Below the pieces are notes generated by a model. That model saw only the letters and a list, made by a program, of their open reading frames with translations. It did not search any database and was not told where the DNA came from. Both the position numbers and the translations under genes were made by a program. Shown piece after piece: positions 26,817 through 36,589 of a stretch of 64,000 nucleotides of DNA. The stretch is taken from positions 685 through 64,684 of the forward strand of contig DASQGZ010000047.1 in NCBI GenBank assembly GCA_035632315.1, written 5' to 3'. This DNA is from Candidatus Kapaibacterium sp. (GTDB lineage: Bacteria; Bacteroidota; Ignavibacteria; Palsa-1295). Every line of letters starts with the position of its first letter. The stretch's first letter is position 1.

Positions 26817-28673
26817 TTGAGCGAAAAAACTGTTAGTGGGTCAACGATGAATTTACGACGAGTAATCCCCGCCGTATGTGTGATAGTTGCTGTCGCCGCT
26901 TTTGCGGCGCCGTCTTGTGCCCAACATCATAAGAAAAAGCCGAACAAAACGACCGAATCTCCTGCTAATGACAAGACGGATGTCGCGCCTTCCCTACTGA
27001 AAAGCGACTCGCTCGTCGTCACCGAGTTCGATCTGCCCCAAAGCGATTCCGCTGATGACCGGCCGATGTTCAACCTCGAAGGAAATATTATGGTCTTTGG
27101 GTCGCGCCGCCCGCCGATGCCCGGGGAAACATGGCGCCAACGCGAGCAACCGCCATTTTATTGGGACGGCGATATTTATTATCGGGTTTTTTCGGATACC
27201 GGCTGGTCGATCCCGATCAATGCCGGACCGCAGATCAATAACAGCGGCGATCAGAACAATCCGACCATCAGCCCGACAGGCGATGAGATCGTTTTTGTTA
27301 ATGGCGGAGCCGTGATGCGTTCGAAATTCATTAACGGGATGATGCAAAAACCGGAGGTGATTCCCGGGGAGATTCAAAATATCTATGCACAGTTGAATTA
27401 CGCACACACCAACTATCAGCTTGGCTTGCGTCAAAAAGTACTCCAAGAACTTGAAAGCGACTCGAATCTTACCGAACTGTTCAAACGCGCACCCGATACA
27501 AAAGAGGTTTATTACAAAGAACGGCTGCTGAAATATATTAAGGATGAAGGCGGAATAAAATTCTTTGAGAATGTGACACGATTCGAAAGTGCCTTTTCGC
27601 CCGACGCGCACCTCGTCGTCTTCAGCGAGAACTTTGGCAAAAGTGGGAAAGACGGCTATGGCTTCGGCGGACAAGGCGACGATGATCTCTGGCTTTTGAA
27701 GATCAGCCCGAACGGGCATTGGGATAGCGTCCTCTATATGCCGAAAACAGTGAATTCTCCTTTCTCCGAATCCTATCCATTTGTCGCTGCCGACGGTTCG
27801 ACCGTTTATTTTTCGAGCAATAGACCGGGCGGCAACGGAGGCGATGATATTTATATGACACGAGTCGTCGATACCGGATATACGAAACCTGTCGCCCTGC
27901 CGAAGCCGATCAATTCGGAGGGCGGCGATTACGGCCTGACGATCAGCGCCGACGGAGCGACGGCATATTTTGTCTCGAACAGAACCGGAAAATCGAAATT
28001 TTATAAAGTCAGGCTTCGCTCGGAAGATTCGACGTTCACGCCGAAGCCTGCGATCCTCGTTCAAGGAACCGTGACCGATAAAAATACCGGAAAGCCGCTT
28101 CGCGCACAAGTGTTCGTCGATGAGCTTGCCGAAGCGAAGAATTCGTTCAGCGTCTATTCGAACGACAGCGGCGTCTATCTGCTTGCGATGCAGCGCGGGC
28201 ACCGGTTCGGAATGGAAGCTGTTGCCGACGGACATTTGCCGAAGTCTGAGCGATTCACGTATCCAGCAAGTGGCAAGTTCAATCGCAGCAAACTCGATTT
28301 CCAGCTTGAAGCAGTTGAAGTCGGCGCTTCGACCGAATTCAAGAACGTCTATTTTGCGACGGCAAAATCCGATCTGCTTCCGGAAAGCAAACTCGAACTC
28401 GACCGCGTCGGTGAATTCATGAAAAAGAACCGGACCGCTTCGATCGAGATCGACGGGCATACCGACGATGTCGGGACAGCGGAGTACAATAACAAGCTCA
28501 GCCTCGACCGCGCGACGAGTGTCATGAAATACCTGACCACAAAAGGAGTGGACAAAGAGCGGATGGAAGCAAAGGGATTCGGCAAAACGAAGCCTGTCAA
28601 GAAAGGCACCGATGAAGCATCACGCGCACTCAATCGCCGGGTCGAAATGGTCGTGACATCCTATTCGAAATAA
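26817..28673 (+). CDS. OmpA-family protein with TolB/PD40-like repeats
   Basis: C-terminal OmpA-like domain (NVYFATAKSDL..IEIDGHTDDVGTAEYNNKLSLDRA..LNRRVEMV). PD40-type motifs SPTGDEIVF, ADGSTVYFSSNRPGGNGGDDIY and SADGATAYFVSNR. A signal peptide follows ATG 26847. Confidence 0.85.
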   Translation: MSEKTVSGSTMNLRRVIPAVCVIVAVAAFAAPSCAQHHKKKPNKTTESPANDKTDVAPSLLKSDSLVVTEFDLPQSDSADDRPMFNLEGNIMVFGSRRPPMPGETWRQREQPPFYWDGDIYYRVFSDTGWSIPINAGPQINNSGDQNNPTISPTGDEIVFVNGGAVMRSKFINGMMQKPEVIPGEIQNIYAQLNYAHTNYQLGLRQKVLQELESDSNLTELFKRAPDTKEVYYKERLLKYIKDEGGIKFFENVTRFESAFSPDAHLVVFSENFGKSGKDGYGFGGQGDDDLWLLKISPNGHWDSVLYMPKTVNSPFSESYPFVAADGSTVYFSSNRPGGNGGDDIYMTRVVDTGYTKPVALPKPINSEGGDYGLTISADGATAYFVSNRTGKSKFYKVRLRSEDSTFTPKPAILVQGTVTDKNTGKPLRAQVFVDELAEAKNSFSVYSNDSGVYLLAMQRGHRFGMEAVADGHLPKSERFTYPASGKFNRSKLDFQLEAVEVGASTEFKNVYFATAKSDLLPESKLELDRVGEFMKKNRTASIEIDGHTDDVGTAEYNNKLSLDRATSVMKYLTTKGVDKERMEAKGFGKTKPVKKGTDEASRALNRRVEMVVTSYSK

Positions 28674-29471
28674 ATGGAGCGCATTTCTGTTCGCGGCGTT
28701 GAAATTGCCGCCGATGTTCTTCGCGGCAGCGGCGAACTGATTGTTTTTATTCACGGCGTCGGGGCCGATAGGACGTCGTGGAAGTGCCAACTTCCGTATT
28801 TCCACTCTCTCGGATATTCTGTTGCCGCACTCGATATGCGAGGTTCGGGCGATTCGGACGCACGCGATGTGAACGGCAGTTTGCTTCCGATCTCATTGAT
28901 AGAATTTGCGAATGATGTCGATGCCGTTATTCATTCGATGGGATACGAGCGGGCGCATTGGGTCGGAAATTCGATGGGCGGCGTAATCATTCTCGAAGCG
29001 ATCAGGCTCGGACTTTCTTCGATTGATCACATTGCGTTGTGTAATACATTTGCATATTATCCGGAACACGCGGCGACACTTCCCAGAGCAGCGAGCGCAC
29101 TTGCGACAAGGTCATTGCCGGAATTTTCTGCCGAACGCATTCCGCTTGTGCTTCGCCCGGATATAGATAAACCGACACTTGATGAAGCCATCTATGCAAT
29201 GGCTCGAAAAGATACAGATGCATATCTTGCTTCGTGGCAGGCAACGTGGAGTCCGGATTTTCGAAATATGCTTTCGACGATAAAGCAAAAGACGCTTGTT
29301 GTTTCAGGTTCACTGGATAAGATCACACCGATATCGTTATCCGAAGAACTCGCGAAGAATATCCCGGGCGTAAAACATACTACCATCGAAGGTGCAGGAC
29401 ATATTTCAAATCTCGACAAACCTGCGGAATTTAATACTATTCTGCAAGAATTTTTGACGTCGGAAAGATAA
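28674..29471 (+). CDS. alpha/beta-fold hydrolase
   Basis: 265 aa. HGVGADRTSW, nucleophile elbow GNSMGG, and C-terminal EGAGHISNLD. Confidence 0.8.
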   Translation: MERISVRGVEIAADVLRGSGELIVFIHGVGADRTSWKCQLPYFHSLGYSVAALDMRGSGDSDARDVNGSLLPISLIEFANDVDAVIHSMGYERAHWVGNSMGGVIILEAIRLGLSSIDHIALCNTFAYYPEHAATLPRAASALATRSLPEFSAERIPLVLRPDIDKPTLDEAIYAMARKDTDAYLASWQATWSPDFRNMLSTIKQKTLVVSGSLDKITPISLSEELAKNIPGVKHTTIEGAGHISNLDKPAEFNTILQEFLTSER

Positions 29472-29563
29472 AAAAGATTTTCTGAAACTATTCGCGCCGC
29501 TTCGGCGTAATTAATATTGAGTTTGAACGACAACGTTCAAAGCACAAACGAAGCCAAGTAGCG

Positions 29564-29612
29564 CCCGCAATAGAGTAGATGTACCATCTCTATTGCGGGT
29601 GTTATGTTTTTA
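29564..29612 (+). terminator. rho-independent terminator after the hydrolase gene
   Basis: 12-bp perfect stem CCCGCAATAGAG (29564-29575) / CTCTATTGCGGG (29588-29599), followed by TGTTATGTTTTT. Lies between convergent genes. Confidence 0.7.
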
Positions 29613-32153
29613 CAACACTCCCTGCACATCCACATCCACCGTCACGGTGATATTGCGCGATGCATAGCGATCCTGATATTGCTCCAACGCTCCCGCAAGA
29701 AGCCTTCTCATCTTCTCACCGCCAGGATCGTAGGCGCGGATATTTTTAATGATAAGATGATGGCGGAACTCACCGCGAAGTTTTTTTATCGCTGGTTCTG
29801 CGGGACCGAGAAGTTGGTAATATGTCGCCTTCGGTGGAATAAGTGTTGCAAACGCCCGTGCTTTTTCTGCGACGCTCGGCGCGGTCGCTCCGAGAAACTC
29901 CACAAGAATCAGCCGCACATAGGGTGGATAGAGCGATTCGCGCCGCTCGCCGATCTCGCGTTTGTAAAAGCCTTCGTAATCATGCTTCGATGCAAACCCG
30001 ATCGCCGGATGCTGCGGCTGAAAACTTTGCACAAGTACTTCCCCGGCTAACTCTTCGGTGCGTCCTGCTCTGCCGGAAACTTGTGTGAGCAATTGAAACG
30101 TACGCTCCGACGAACGAAAATCCGGCAGACATAAACTTGTGTCGGCATTGATAACGCCGACGAGTGTCACGCGCGAAAAATCGAGACCCTTCGCCACCAT
30201 TTGCGTACCAAGCAGGACATCCGCTTCACCGCTGGCGAACGAACGGAGAATTTGTTCGAACGATCCGCGCCTCGCCGTCGTATCGAGATCCATTCGTGCA
30301 ATTTTTATCTCGGGAAAATGCGCCAGTAGTTCTTCTTCGACACGCTCGGTGCCGACACCGCCGAGATACATTTTCTCACTGCCGCAGGTTGGACACACTT
30401 CCGACTTTTTTTGCATGAAGCCGCAATAATGACATTGCATCCGGTTCGTATCGCGATGCCACGTAAGCGTGACGGCGCAATTCGGGCACATGATCGCTTC
30501 GCCGCAGTTCGAGCAGGCAAGATAGGTTGAAAATCCGCGACGGTTCTGCAGGAGCACGATACCTTGTTTTTTTGAGAGCCGCACAGCGATCGCCGCTTTG
30601 AGTTCGTCGGAAAGATTTCCGGCTTTTGCCGATTGCTCCGCGCGTTGAAGCGGACGCCGCATATCGACGACTTTCACCGGCGGGAGCTTTGCTTCCTGTG
30701 CACGGCGAGTCAATTTCAGAAGCGTATATTTTTTCTGCTCGGCATTGTAATAACTTTCGAGAGACGGAGTCGCAGAGCCAAGGACGGTAACCGCATTGTT
30801 CAGATGCGCCCGCATCACCGCCGCATCGCGTGCATGATAGCGCGGCATCGAATCATATTGCTTGTAGGTAACTTCATGTTCTTCATCGACGATGATAAGC
30901 CGCAGATCGCGTACCGGAGCAAAGACGGCACTTCGCGCACCGATCGATATCTTCGTTTCGCCTCGTGCAAGTGCCTGCCAAGATGCAAAGCGCTCAGAGA
31001 TTGACATCCGCGAGTGAAGCACCGAGATATTCATATTTAAGCGTCGCTTGAAACGGTCGATGAGTTGTGGGGTAAGCGATATTTCCGGCACAAGCACTAA
31101 TACGCCGCCGCCTTCTTCGATCACTTTTCTCGCGAGCGTAATATACACTTCCGTTTTTCCGGATCCGGTAATGCCGTGAATGAGAAACGTCTGCGATTTC
31201 TTTGCATCGAGTGCTGAGATGATCGCATCCTCTGCGATCTGTTGCTCGGAGTTGAGCGTGATTACGTCGTTTGCTTCACCGTTTGTAGGTACGAGCGTGT
31301 GCTTCAACTCATATTTTATCTCGCGCTCTTCGAAGCGAATATAACTTTTCTTTGCAAGAGCATTAATGACGCTTGCTGTGGTTGCAAGTTCTTTTTCGAG
31401 GAGTTTTACTGAAAGCGGCTCATCGGGCGCAAGTTGTTTTTGTTCGAGCAGTTTGAGCAGCACTCGCGCTTGCTTCGGCGAATGCTCAAGCTCCATTAAC
31501 GCGGCAGAGAGTGCTCCGGTATCGTTTACAAGCCCATTCGAAAGCAGAACGACACGTTCACGCTTGACTTTCACCGCTGAACGCTCGACACTTGTGATAT
31601 GAACATATCCTTCGGCTTCAAGAGCATGAAGATGAGCATAAAGCCCGGTGATCTTCGAATGCTTTGTCAGATGAGAAATAAAAACGCCATTCGGATAGCT
31701 CGCAACAAGTTTTAATACTTCCGCACGGCGTTTTGAATGATGTGATAGCTCGGCGATTTCATGCGAGAGATTGTTGGAGACCGGTGTAACCTTGCTTTTC
31801 GTTTCGGTGCGAAGACCCTGTGGCAGCGCAGCTTCAAGCACCTCACCCCACGAAGAAAGATAATATCCCGCGATCCATTTTGTCCACGCTAAAAATGCTT
31901 CGTCGAAGACCAGTTCTTTATCGAGAATATCGGCAATGGGACGGATCTTTGCGACATTCGCCGGAGCGACATCGGCAAAGCCGACGATGACGCCGGTTAC
32001 CTGTCGCTTGCCGAGCGGAACGACAGCACGCACGCCTGCTCTCGCAAGTTCGGTAAATTCTTTGGGGATCGAGTAGGTCAGACCTTCAAAGCCGCCGCTA
32101 TGGAATTTGAAGTTGAGCGGGATCGCGACGGTCACATAGCGCGGAAGAGACAT
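29610..32153 (-). CDS. priA: primosomal protein N' (replication restart helicase PriA)
   Basis: 847 aa. Walker A GITGSGKT, IIVDEEHE box, and Cys-rich zinc region CSNCGEAIMCPNCAVTLTWH..CHYCG..CPTCGS. Confidence 0.92.
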   Translation of the reverse strand: MSLPRYVTVAIPLNFKFHSGGFEGLTYSIPKEFTELARAGVRAVVPLGKRQVTGVIVGFADVAPANVAKIRPIADILDKELVFDEAFLAWTKWIAGYYLSSWGEVLEAALPQGLRTETKSKVTPVSNNLSHEIAELSHHSKRRAEVLKLVASYPNGVFISHLTKHSKITGLYAHLHALEAEGYVHITSVERSAVKVKRERVVLLSNGLVNDTGALSAALMELEHSPKQARVLLKLLEQKQLAPDEPLSVKLLEKELATTASVINALAKKSYIRFEEREIKYELKHTLVPTNGEANDVITLNSEQQIAEDAIISALDAKKSQTFLIHGITGSGKTEVYITLARKVIEEGGGVLVLVPEISLTPQLIDRFKRRLNMNISVLHSRMSISERFASWQALARGETKISIGARSAVFAPVRDLRLIIVDEEHEVTYKQYDSMPRYHARDAAVMRAHLNNAVTVLGSATPSLESYYNAEQKKYTLLKLTRRAQEAKLPPVKVVDMRRPLQRAEQSAKAGNLSDELKAAIAVRLSKKQGIVLLQNRRGFSTYLACSNCGEAIMCPNCAVTLTWHRDTNRMQCHYCGFMQKKSEVCPTCGSEKMYLGGVGTERVEEELLAHFPEIKIARMDLDTTARRGSFEQILRSFASGEADVLLGTQMVAKGLDFSRVTLVGVINADTSLCLPDFRSSERTFQLLTQVSGRAGRTEELAGEVLVQSFQPQHPAIGFASKHDYEGFYKREIGERRESLYPPYVRLILVEFLGATAPSVAEKARAFATLIPPKATYYQLLGPAEPAIKKLRGEFRHHLIIKNIRAYDPGGEKMRRLLAGALEQYQDRYASRNITVTVDVDVQGVL

Positions 32154-32156
32154 ACA

Positions 32157-32357
32157 TCAGTTGTTCTGCTTCTCTGACGCCTGCTCAGTTTGCTTTTGTT
32201 TTGCGACGTGCTCCAAAATAAGCTGGCGCATCTTTTCTTCGACCTGCTGATGGGCGGTGCCGTTAACGATCAGATCAAGCTGCGGACAGAACGCCGCATA
32301 CACCGTCTCGCCGCGCCGGCGTATCAAAATTTCATATTCTTTTCCGTTGACTTCCAT
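32157..32357 (-). CDS. small hypothetical protein (weak HicB/UPF0150-like resemblance)
   Basis: 66 aa. Its stop lies 3 nt before the priA start. The pattern YAAFCPQLDLIVNGTAHQQVEEKMRQLILEHV resembles HicB-type small alpha/beta domains. No HicA partner is seen. Confidence 0.35.
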   Translation of the reverse strand: MEVNGKEYEILIRRRGETVYAAFCPQLDLIVNGTAHQQVEEKMRQLILEHVAKQKQTEQASEKQNN

Positions 32358-32429
32358 TACATTGTTTCTTTCGTGACAGTAAAACAGAGAATGCGGTTGG
32401 AGTGTTCAGAGGTGTAAGACGCGACGAAT

Positions 32430-32837
32430 TCAGCCTCGGATATTCACTGCCTGCAAGTACTTCGCCGGCGGTCTTATCGGTTTCCCGTTCTCTTTATCTG
32501 TAAATACGAGTGTTGTCGATCCTTCGGCGATCGGGGCACTATCGCCGGAGCGTGTGATGGAGTATAAAATTTCAAGACGAGGAGAGTTCTTTGGAGCAAT
32601 CGTGGCCGTAACAAGAAGTTCGTCGTCGTAGGTTGCTCCTTTGAAATATTTTATGGATGCATCGGCGACGGGCAGAGCAAATCCTTCTTCTTCAAGTGTG
32701 CGATACGGCAATCCGAGTTCACGCAGAAGTTCAGTACGGGCAACCTCGAAGTATTCGAGATACTTTGCATAATAAACGATGCCCATTTGATCGGTATCGG
32801 CGTACCTGACGCGTAAACGAGTAGTGTGGGAGATCAT
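32430..32837 (-). CDS. acyl-CoA thioesterase, YbgC/4HBT family
   Basis: 135 aa. Hotdog-fold signature RVRYADTDQMGIVYYAKYLEYFEVARTELLRELG. Confidence 0.85.
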   Translation of the reverse strand: MISHTTRLRVRYADTDQMGIVYYAKYLEYFEVARTELLRELGLPYRTLEEEGFALPVADASIKYFKGATYDDELLVTATIAPKNSPRLEILYSITRSGDSAPIAEGSTTLVFTDKENGKPIRPPAKYLQAVNIRG

Positions 32838-32846
32838 CGGAAGCTA

Positions 32847-33809
32847 TTATTCTTCTGCCCAGAATCCCATCTTCGAAAATTTTTCTACACGGCGCTTCAG
32901 CGCTTTATCGCCGGTAAAACTATCGTTTCGCAGGATAGAGATCTCTTCGACAAGAATTTCCCGTACTGTTTCGTAGATCGTTGCTGTATCGCGATGTGCG
33001 CCGCCAAGCGGCTCGGGAATCACGCGATCGATAATACCGACGGCTAATAAATCGGGCGCCGTTAATTTCAATGCTTCGGCTGCCTGCTCTTTGAAACCCC
33101 AACTGCGCCACAAGATCGACGAGCAGGATTCCGGCGAGATCACAGAATACCACGCATTCTCAAGCATCAGAATCCGATCTCCGATGCCGATGCCGAGCGC
33201 GCCGCCCGATGCGCCTTCGCCGATCACAACAATAACGATCGGTACTGCAAGTTTCGACATCTCATACAGATTTCGTGCGATCGCTTCTGCTTGCCCGCGC
33301 TCTTCCGCTTCGATACCCGGAAAGGCACCGGGCGTATCCAAAAAACAAACGATCGGCTTATGAAATTTTTCGGCAAGCTTGAATAGACGCAACGCTTTTC
33401 GATATCCTTCGGGATTGGGCATACCGAAATTACGAAAGACATTCTGTTTCGTATCGCGCCCTTTCTGATGTCCGACAAGCATCACGGTACCAATGCCTTC
33501 GAGCGTACCGAAACCGCCCACGATCGCCGGGTCGTCACGCACGCCGCGGTCGCCATGCAACTCGATAAAGTCAGCGGTGAGGGCATTAATATAATCGAGT
33601 GTGTATGGTCGTTCGGGATGACGCGCTACCTGCACTCGCTGCCAGCGTGTAAGATTCGAAAAAATTTCTTTGCGAAGCTCATCGGCTTTTTCTTCCATTG
33701 CCGAGATCTCACTCGAAAGATCGACGCCTGTTGCAAGCCTGCGCATTTCATCGATCTTCGCTTCGAGATCGGTGATCGGCTTCTCAAAGTCTAACGTGAC
33801 AGCAGCCAT
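32847..33809 (-). CDS. accA: acetyl-CoA carboxylase carboxyltransferase subunit alpha
   Basis: 320 aa. [26 protein letters not shown] and [15 protein letters not shown] motifs. Confidence 0.93.
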   Translation of the reverse strand: MAAVTLDFEKPITDLEAKIDEMRRLATGVDLSSEISAMEEKADELRKEIFSNLTRWQRVQVARHPERPYTLDYINALTADFIELHGDRGVRDDPAIVGGFGTLEGIGTVMLVGHQKGRDTKQNVFRNFGMPNPEGYRKALRLFKLAEKFHKPIVCFLDTPGAFPGIEAEERGQAEAIARNLYEMSKLAVPIVIVVIGEGASGGALGIGIGDRILMLENAWYSVISPESCSSILWRSWGFKEQAAEALKLTAPDLLAVGIIDRVIPEPLGGAHRDTATIYETVREILVEEISILRNDSFTGDKALKRRVEKFSKMGFWAEE

Positions 33810-34507
33810 TATTTTATAGAGAAGGTCACTTTCAAGGATGCCGAACGTTTGATCTTTTGAGCATTATTACCTGAAACGATCATCCCACGTCGCTCCTCTT
33901 CTTCTTCGCGCCCTAATCCAGCCGCAGGGCTTGCTCCGAGATCGCCATCGGTAATCGTAACGATCTCGCCCAGTTTTCCACCCATTTGTTCAGCAAGATG
34001 CTCTGCCTTTTCGCGAGCATCGGAAAGCGCTTTTGCCTCTGCCTGATCTTCAAGATCGCCTTTCTTTGAAATCCCGTACGCGCTGATCGAGACATTGCTC
34101 GCACCGGCAAGCGTTCCGGCATCAATCACTTTCGGAACGTCAGAAAGCGACCGTACTTTAATATCATAGGTCGTCATCAGCCGGTAGCCTGCAAGATGCG
34201 GCGCAGCACCGCCCCCGCCTGCGGAGTAATCGTAACTCGGGTTAAGCGCTGTGCCTTGCTGCTCTATGTCGGATACTGCAACGCCACTGGCAGTTATTGC
34301 TCTCACAAGGCTTCGCCCGTTTTCATCACTGCGTGAAAAGACGCCTTGTGCTGTTTGGTCTTGAGCGGATATCATCATTGTCACCAGCGCATAGTCGGGT
34401 CGCGATTCGACACTTGCACTGCCAATAACGGTAACCGTTCGCTGAGCGGATGCAACCAGAGGTACAGCCGCCACAGCGAGTGCAAAAATGATCGTTCTAA
34501 TTTTCAT
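33809..34507 (-). CDS. SIMPL (DUF541) domain periplasmic protein
   Basis: 232 aa. Signal peptide, then the SIMPL-like pattern [26 protein letters not shown]...[14 protein letters not shown]. 1-nt stop/start overlap with accA. Confidence 0.65.
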   Translation of the reverse strand: MKIRTIIFALAVAAVPLVASAQRTVTVIGSASVESRPDYALVTMMISAQDQTAQGVFSRSDENGRSLVRAITASGVAVSDIEQQGTALNPSYDYSAGGGGAAPHLAGYRLMTTYDIKVRSLSDVPKVIDAGTLAGASNVSISAYGISKKGDLEDQAEAKALSDAREKAEHLAEQMGGKLGEIVTITDGDLGASPAAGLGREEEEERRGMIVSGNNAQKIKRSASLKVTFSIK

Positions 34508-34546
34508 AGTTATTTTGAGCTAAAAGTGAACACTGAACAACACGAG

Positions 34547-36571
34547 TTAGACCGTTTTGTTCGAGAACAATTTCCGTAGCAGAATCTCAAAATCCATTCC
34601 GAGCGAATGGTGTCTCGCATAATATATATTCATCTGCTCGATATCTTCGTTGCGCAAATAGCTGCCGACGGGTCCTGCCGCCACGTCGCAAAGACTGACC
34701 AGTCCCGATTTCGCAAGCAACTGATGCTCATTACCGGTTGTCCGAATACCGACAAGCGAACGTTTTCCGCGAAGCACCCGCACAAGTTCACCACGGAGCT
34801 TTTGTAAGCCCTCGCGTCGAAACACTACTGCCCCGATAAGAACGAAGGGGTAAGCGAATATACTTCCAATAATATCGACGAGCCGTTTGCCGATACGATG
34901 GCTCATTTTCTGGATATTATATTCGAGCGGCATCAAGGCGAGCGATTCTGCACTTTCTGGCGGCTTAATGAGTTCGATCTTCGAACGAGAAAGCAGTACG
35001 TCACTTGCCTGCGGAACAACGTTGAAACTCACTTCAAATGTCAGTTCTTCGGCTGATACAGATTGCATTGCTCTGAGCATATCGGAATAACTGAACGCTT
35101 CCGCAGGAAAAATAACCTGTGTTATCTTTTCGTCACGGATAATACGCGGCAGCATCCCAAGATCGCCTTTTACGGTAATACCAGAAAGCACATTCGCCCC
35201 TATTTTCGTAAGATCACGATCAATAAATCCGGCTAACCGGTAACGGCGCATAAAACCCGAAGAAAGAAGAAGTGCGGCAATGCGTTCCGCTTCCGCACCC
35301 GTTCCGGCAATAATTGTATTGCGAAGCACCGGCCGCGCTGTCCCTTCGCCGCCATACCTGATACGATCGATCAGTCGAAGCACAAACCTATAAAAGATCA
35401 TTACAAGTCCGGCAAGCGCTGATGCAAGCAACACAAGCGTTCGGCTTGACGGGATCTCCTTAAAAAAATAGGTCATCGATGAGAGGATGATCAATATTGC
35501 CGGCATTGACATAAGGACAGGCCGTGCACGACGGCGTTCACCTTGCGAATATGCACCAATCATCGAGTTGACGAGCAGTACGACAATTGCGGGAACAACG
35601 ATCGCCCACGGATAGTCAGCCTTTGGTAAACCAAAAAATGAAAGGAGTAAATATTTCGTAACAACGAACACTGAAATCATCGTCAGGAGAAAATCGCCTG
35701 AGGCAAGAATGATCGCGCCGCGGTACTTCTTCAACAACGCGATGAACGACCTGGCCATAATCCCAAGCCGTAGCAAAACCGTGAACAACGGGCTTGACCC
35801 GTAGTGTTTCCTCACGAAGATATGCATCGCTTCGTAAAAGACCTGCACTTCATTGATCACACTGCGCCGCGTCGATTCGCCTTTGAAATGAACTGTCGAC
35901 GTGGAATGTACATAATACACTTTGAAACCGGCTTGCTTTATCCGATAACACAGATCAATATCTTCGCCGTACATAAAATAATCCTCATCGAAGCCGCTTG
36001 TCTTCTCGTATGCTGCACGTGAGATCATCATAAACGCACCGGCAAGCGCATCGATCTCGTATGTTTCATCCGTCGACAGATATGTGAGATTATACTGTGC
36101 AAATCTCGGTGAATTAGGAAAGAATGACGAGAGTCCGAAAAGCTTGGTGAAGCTCGCCCACGGCGTCGGAAACCCGCGTCGGCACGATATCTGAAATGAC
36201 CCATCAGCATTGAGCAGTTTGCATCCAGAGACACCGGCATCGGGATGGACACGCATAAAATCCGTCATCGCACGAAGGGTATCCTCGCCAACGATCGTAT
36301 CGGGATTAAGAATAAGCAAATAATCCCCCTGTGCCTGCTTCATCGCAATATTATTTGCTTTACCAAATCCGAGATTTTCTTCGAGTGCGATAAGCCTTAC
36401 ATCAGGGAATGACGCCCTGACCATCTCAGCACTACCATCACGCGACGCATTATCAACGACAAATATCTCGCCTGCCAGACCGCCGAAGGCAAGAGAGCGA
36501 CGGACGCTTTCGAGCGCTCCGCGCAAAAACTCGCGGACATTATAATTAACGATGATGACGGAAATATCCAC
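34547..36571 (-). CDS. family 2 glycosyltransferase fused to a membrane / Rossmann / degenerate sugar-transferase (PGT-like) module
   Basis: 674 aa. GT2 motifs VIIVNYN, VVDNASRDGS, LILNPDT and GEDIDLCYR. Multiple TM helices, then TIIAGTGAEAERIAALL. The C-terminal KRLVDIIGSIFAYPFVL...RVLRGKRSLVG is homologous to the PGT at 38481..39908 but shortened. Confidence 0.75.
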   Translation of the reverse strand: MDISVIIVNYNVREFLRGALESVRRSLAFGGLAGEIFVVDNASRDGSAEMVRASFPDVRLIALEENLGFGKANNIAMKQAQGDYLLILNPDTIVGEDTLRAMTDFMRVHPDAGVSGCKLLNADGSFQISCRRGFPTPWASFTKLFGLSSFFPNSPRFAQYNLTYLSTDETYEIDALAGAFMMISRAAYEKTSGFDEDYFMYGEDIDLCYRIKQAGFKVYYVHSTSTVHFKGESTRRSVINEVQVFYEAMHIFVRKHYGSSPLFTVLLRLGIMARSFIALLKKYRGAIILASGDFLLTMISVFVVTKYLLLSFFGLPKADYPWAIVVPAIVVLLVNSMIGAYSQGERRRARPVLMSMPAILIILSSMTYFFKEIPSSRTLVLLASALAGLVMIFYRFVLRLIDRIRYGGEGTARPVLRNTIIAGTGAEAERIAALLLSSGFMRRYRLAGFIDRDLTKIGANVLSGITVKGDLGMLPRIIRDEKITQVIFPAEAFSYSDMLRAMQSVSAEELTFEVSFNVVPQASDVLLSRSKIELIKPPESAESLALMPLEYNIQKMSHRIGKRLVDIIGSIFAYPFVLIGAVVFRREGLQKLRGELVRVLRGKRSLVGIRTTGNEHQLLAKSGLVSLCDVAAGPVGSYLRNEDIEQMNIYYARHHSLGMDFEILLRKLFSNKTV

Positions 36572-36589
36572 CGGTGATATTTCTGATAA

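Noticed and set aside
26644-26820. A 58-codon ORF (MIFRIKKIDPKDG...) running into the OmpA-family gene start.
   Set aside because: It spans the terminator hairpin at 26690-26720. It has no SD and no recognisable features, and is most likely non-coding.
26994-28460. A 488-aa ORF antisense to the OmpA/PD40 gene, strikingly long for roughly 50% GC DNA.
   Set aside because: It is in the codon-aligned antisense frame, where stops arise only from sense TTA, CTA or TCA codons. It ends exactly at a sense CTA codon (26994-26996). The sense strand has clear OmpA and PD40 motifs, whereas the antisense product is an Arg/Ile-rich low-information sequence. Similar shadows occur opposite many genes here (for example 50761..51576, 56583..57209, 20972..21535, 19322..19861), so codon bias explains them.
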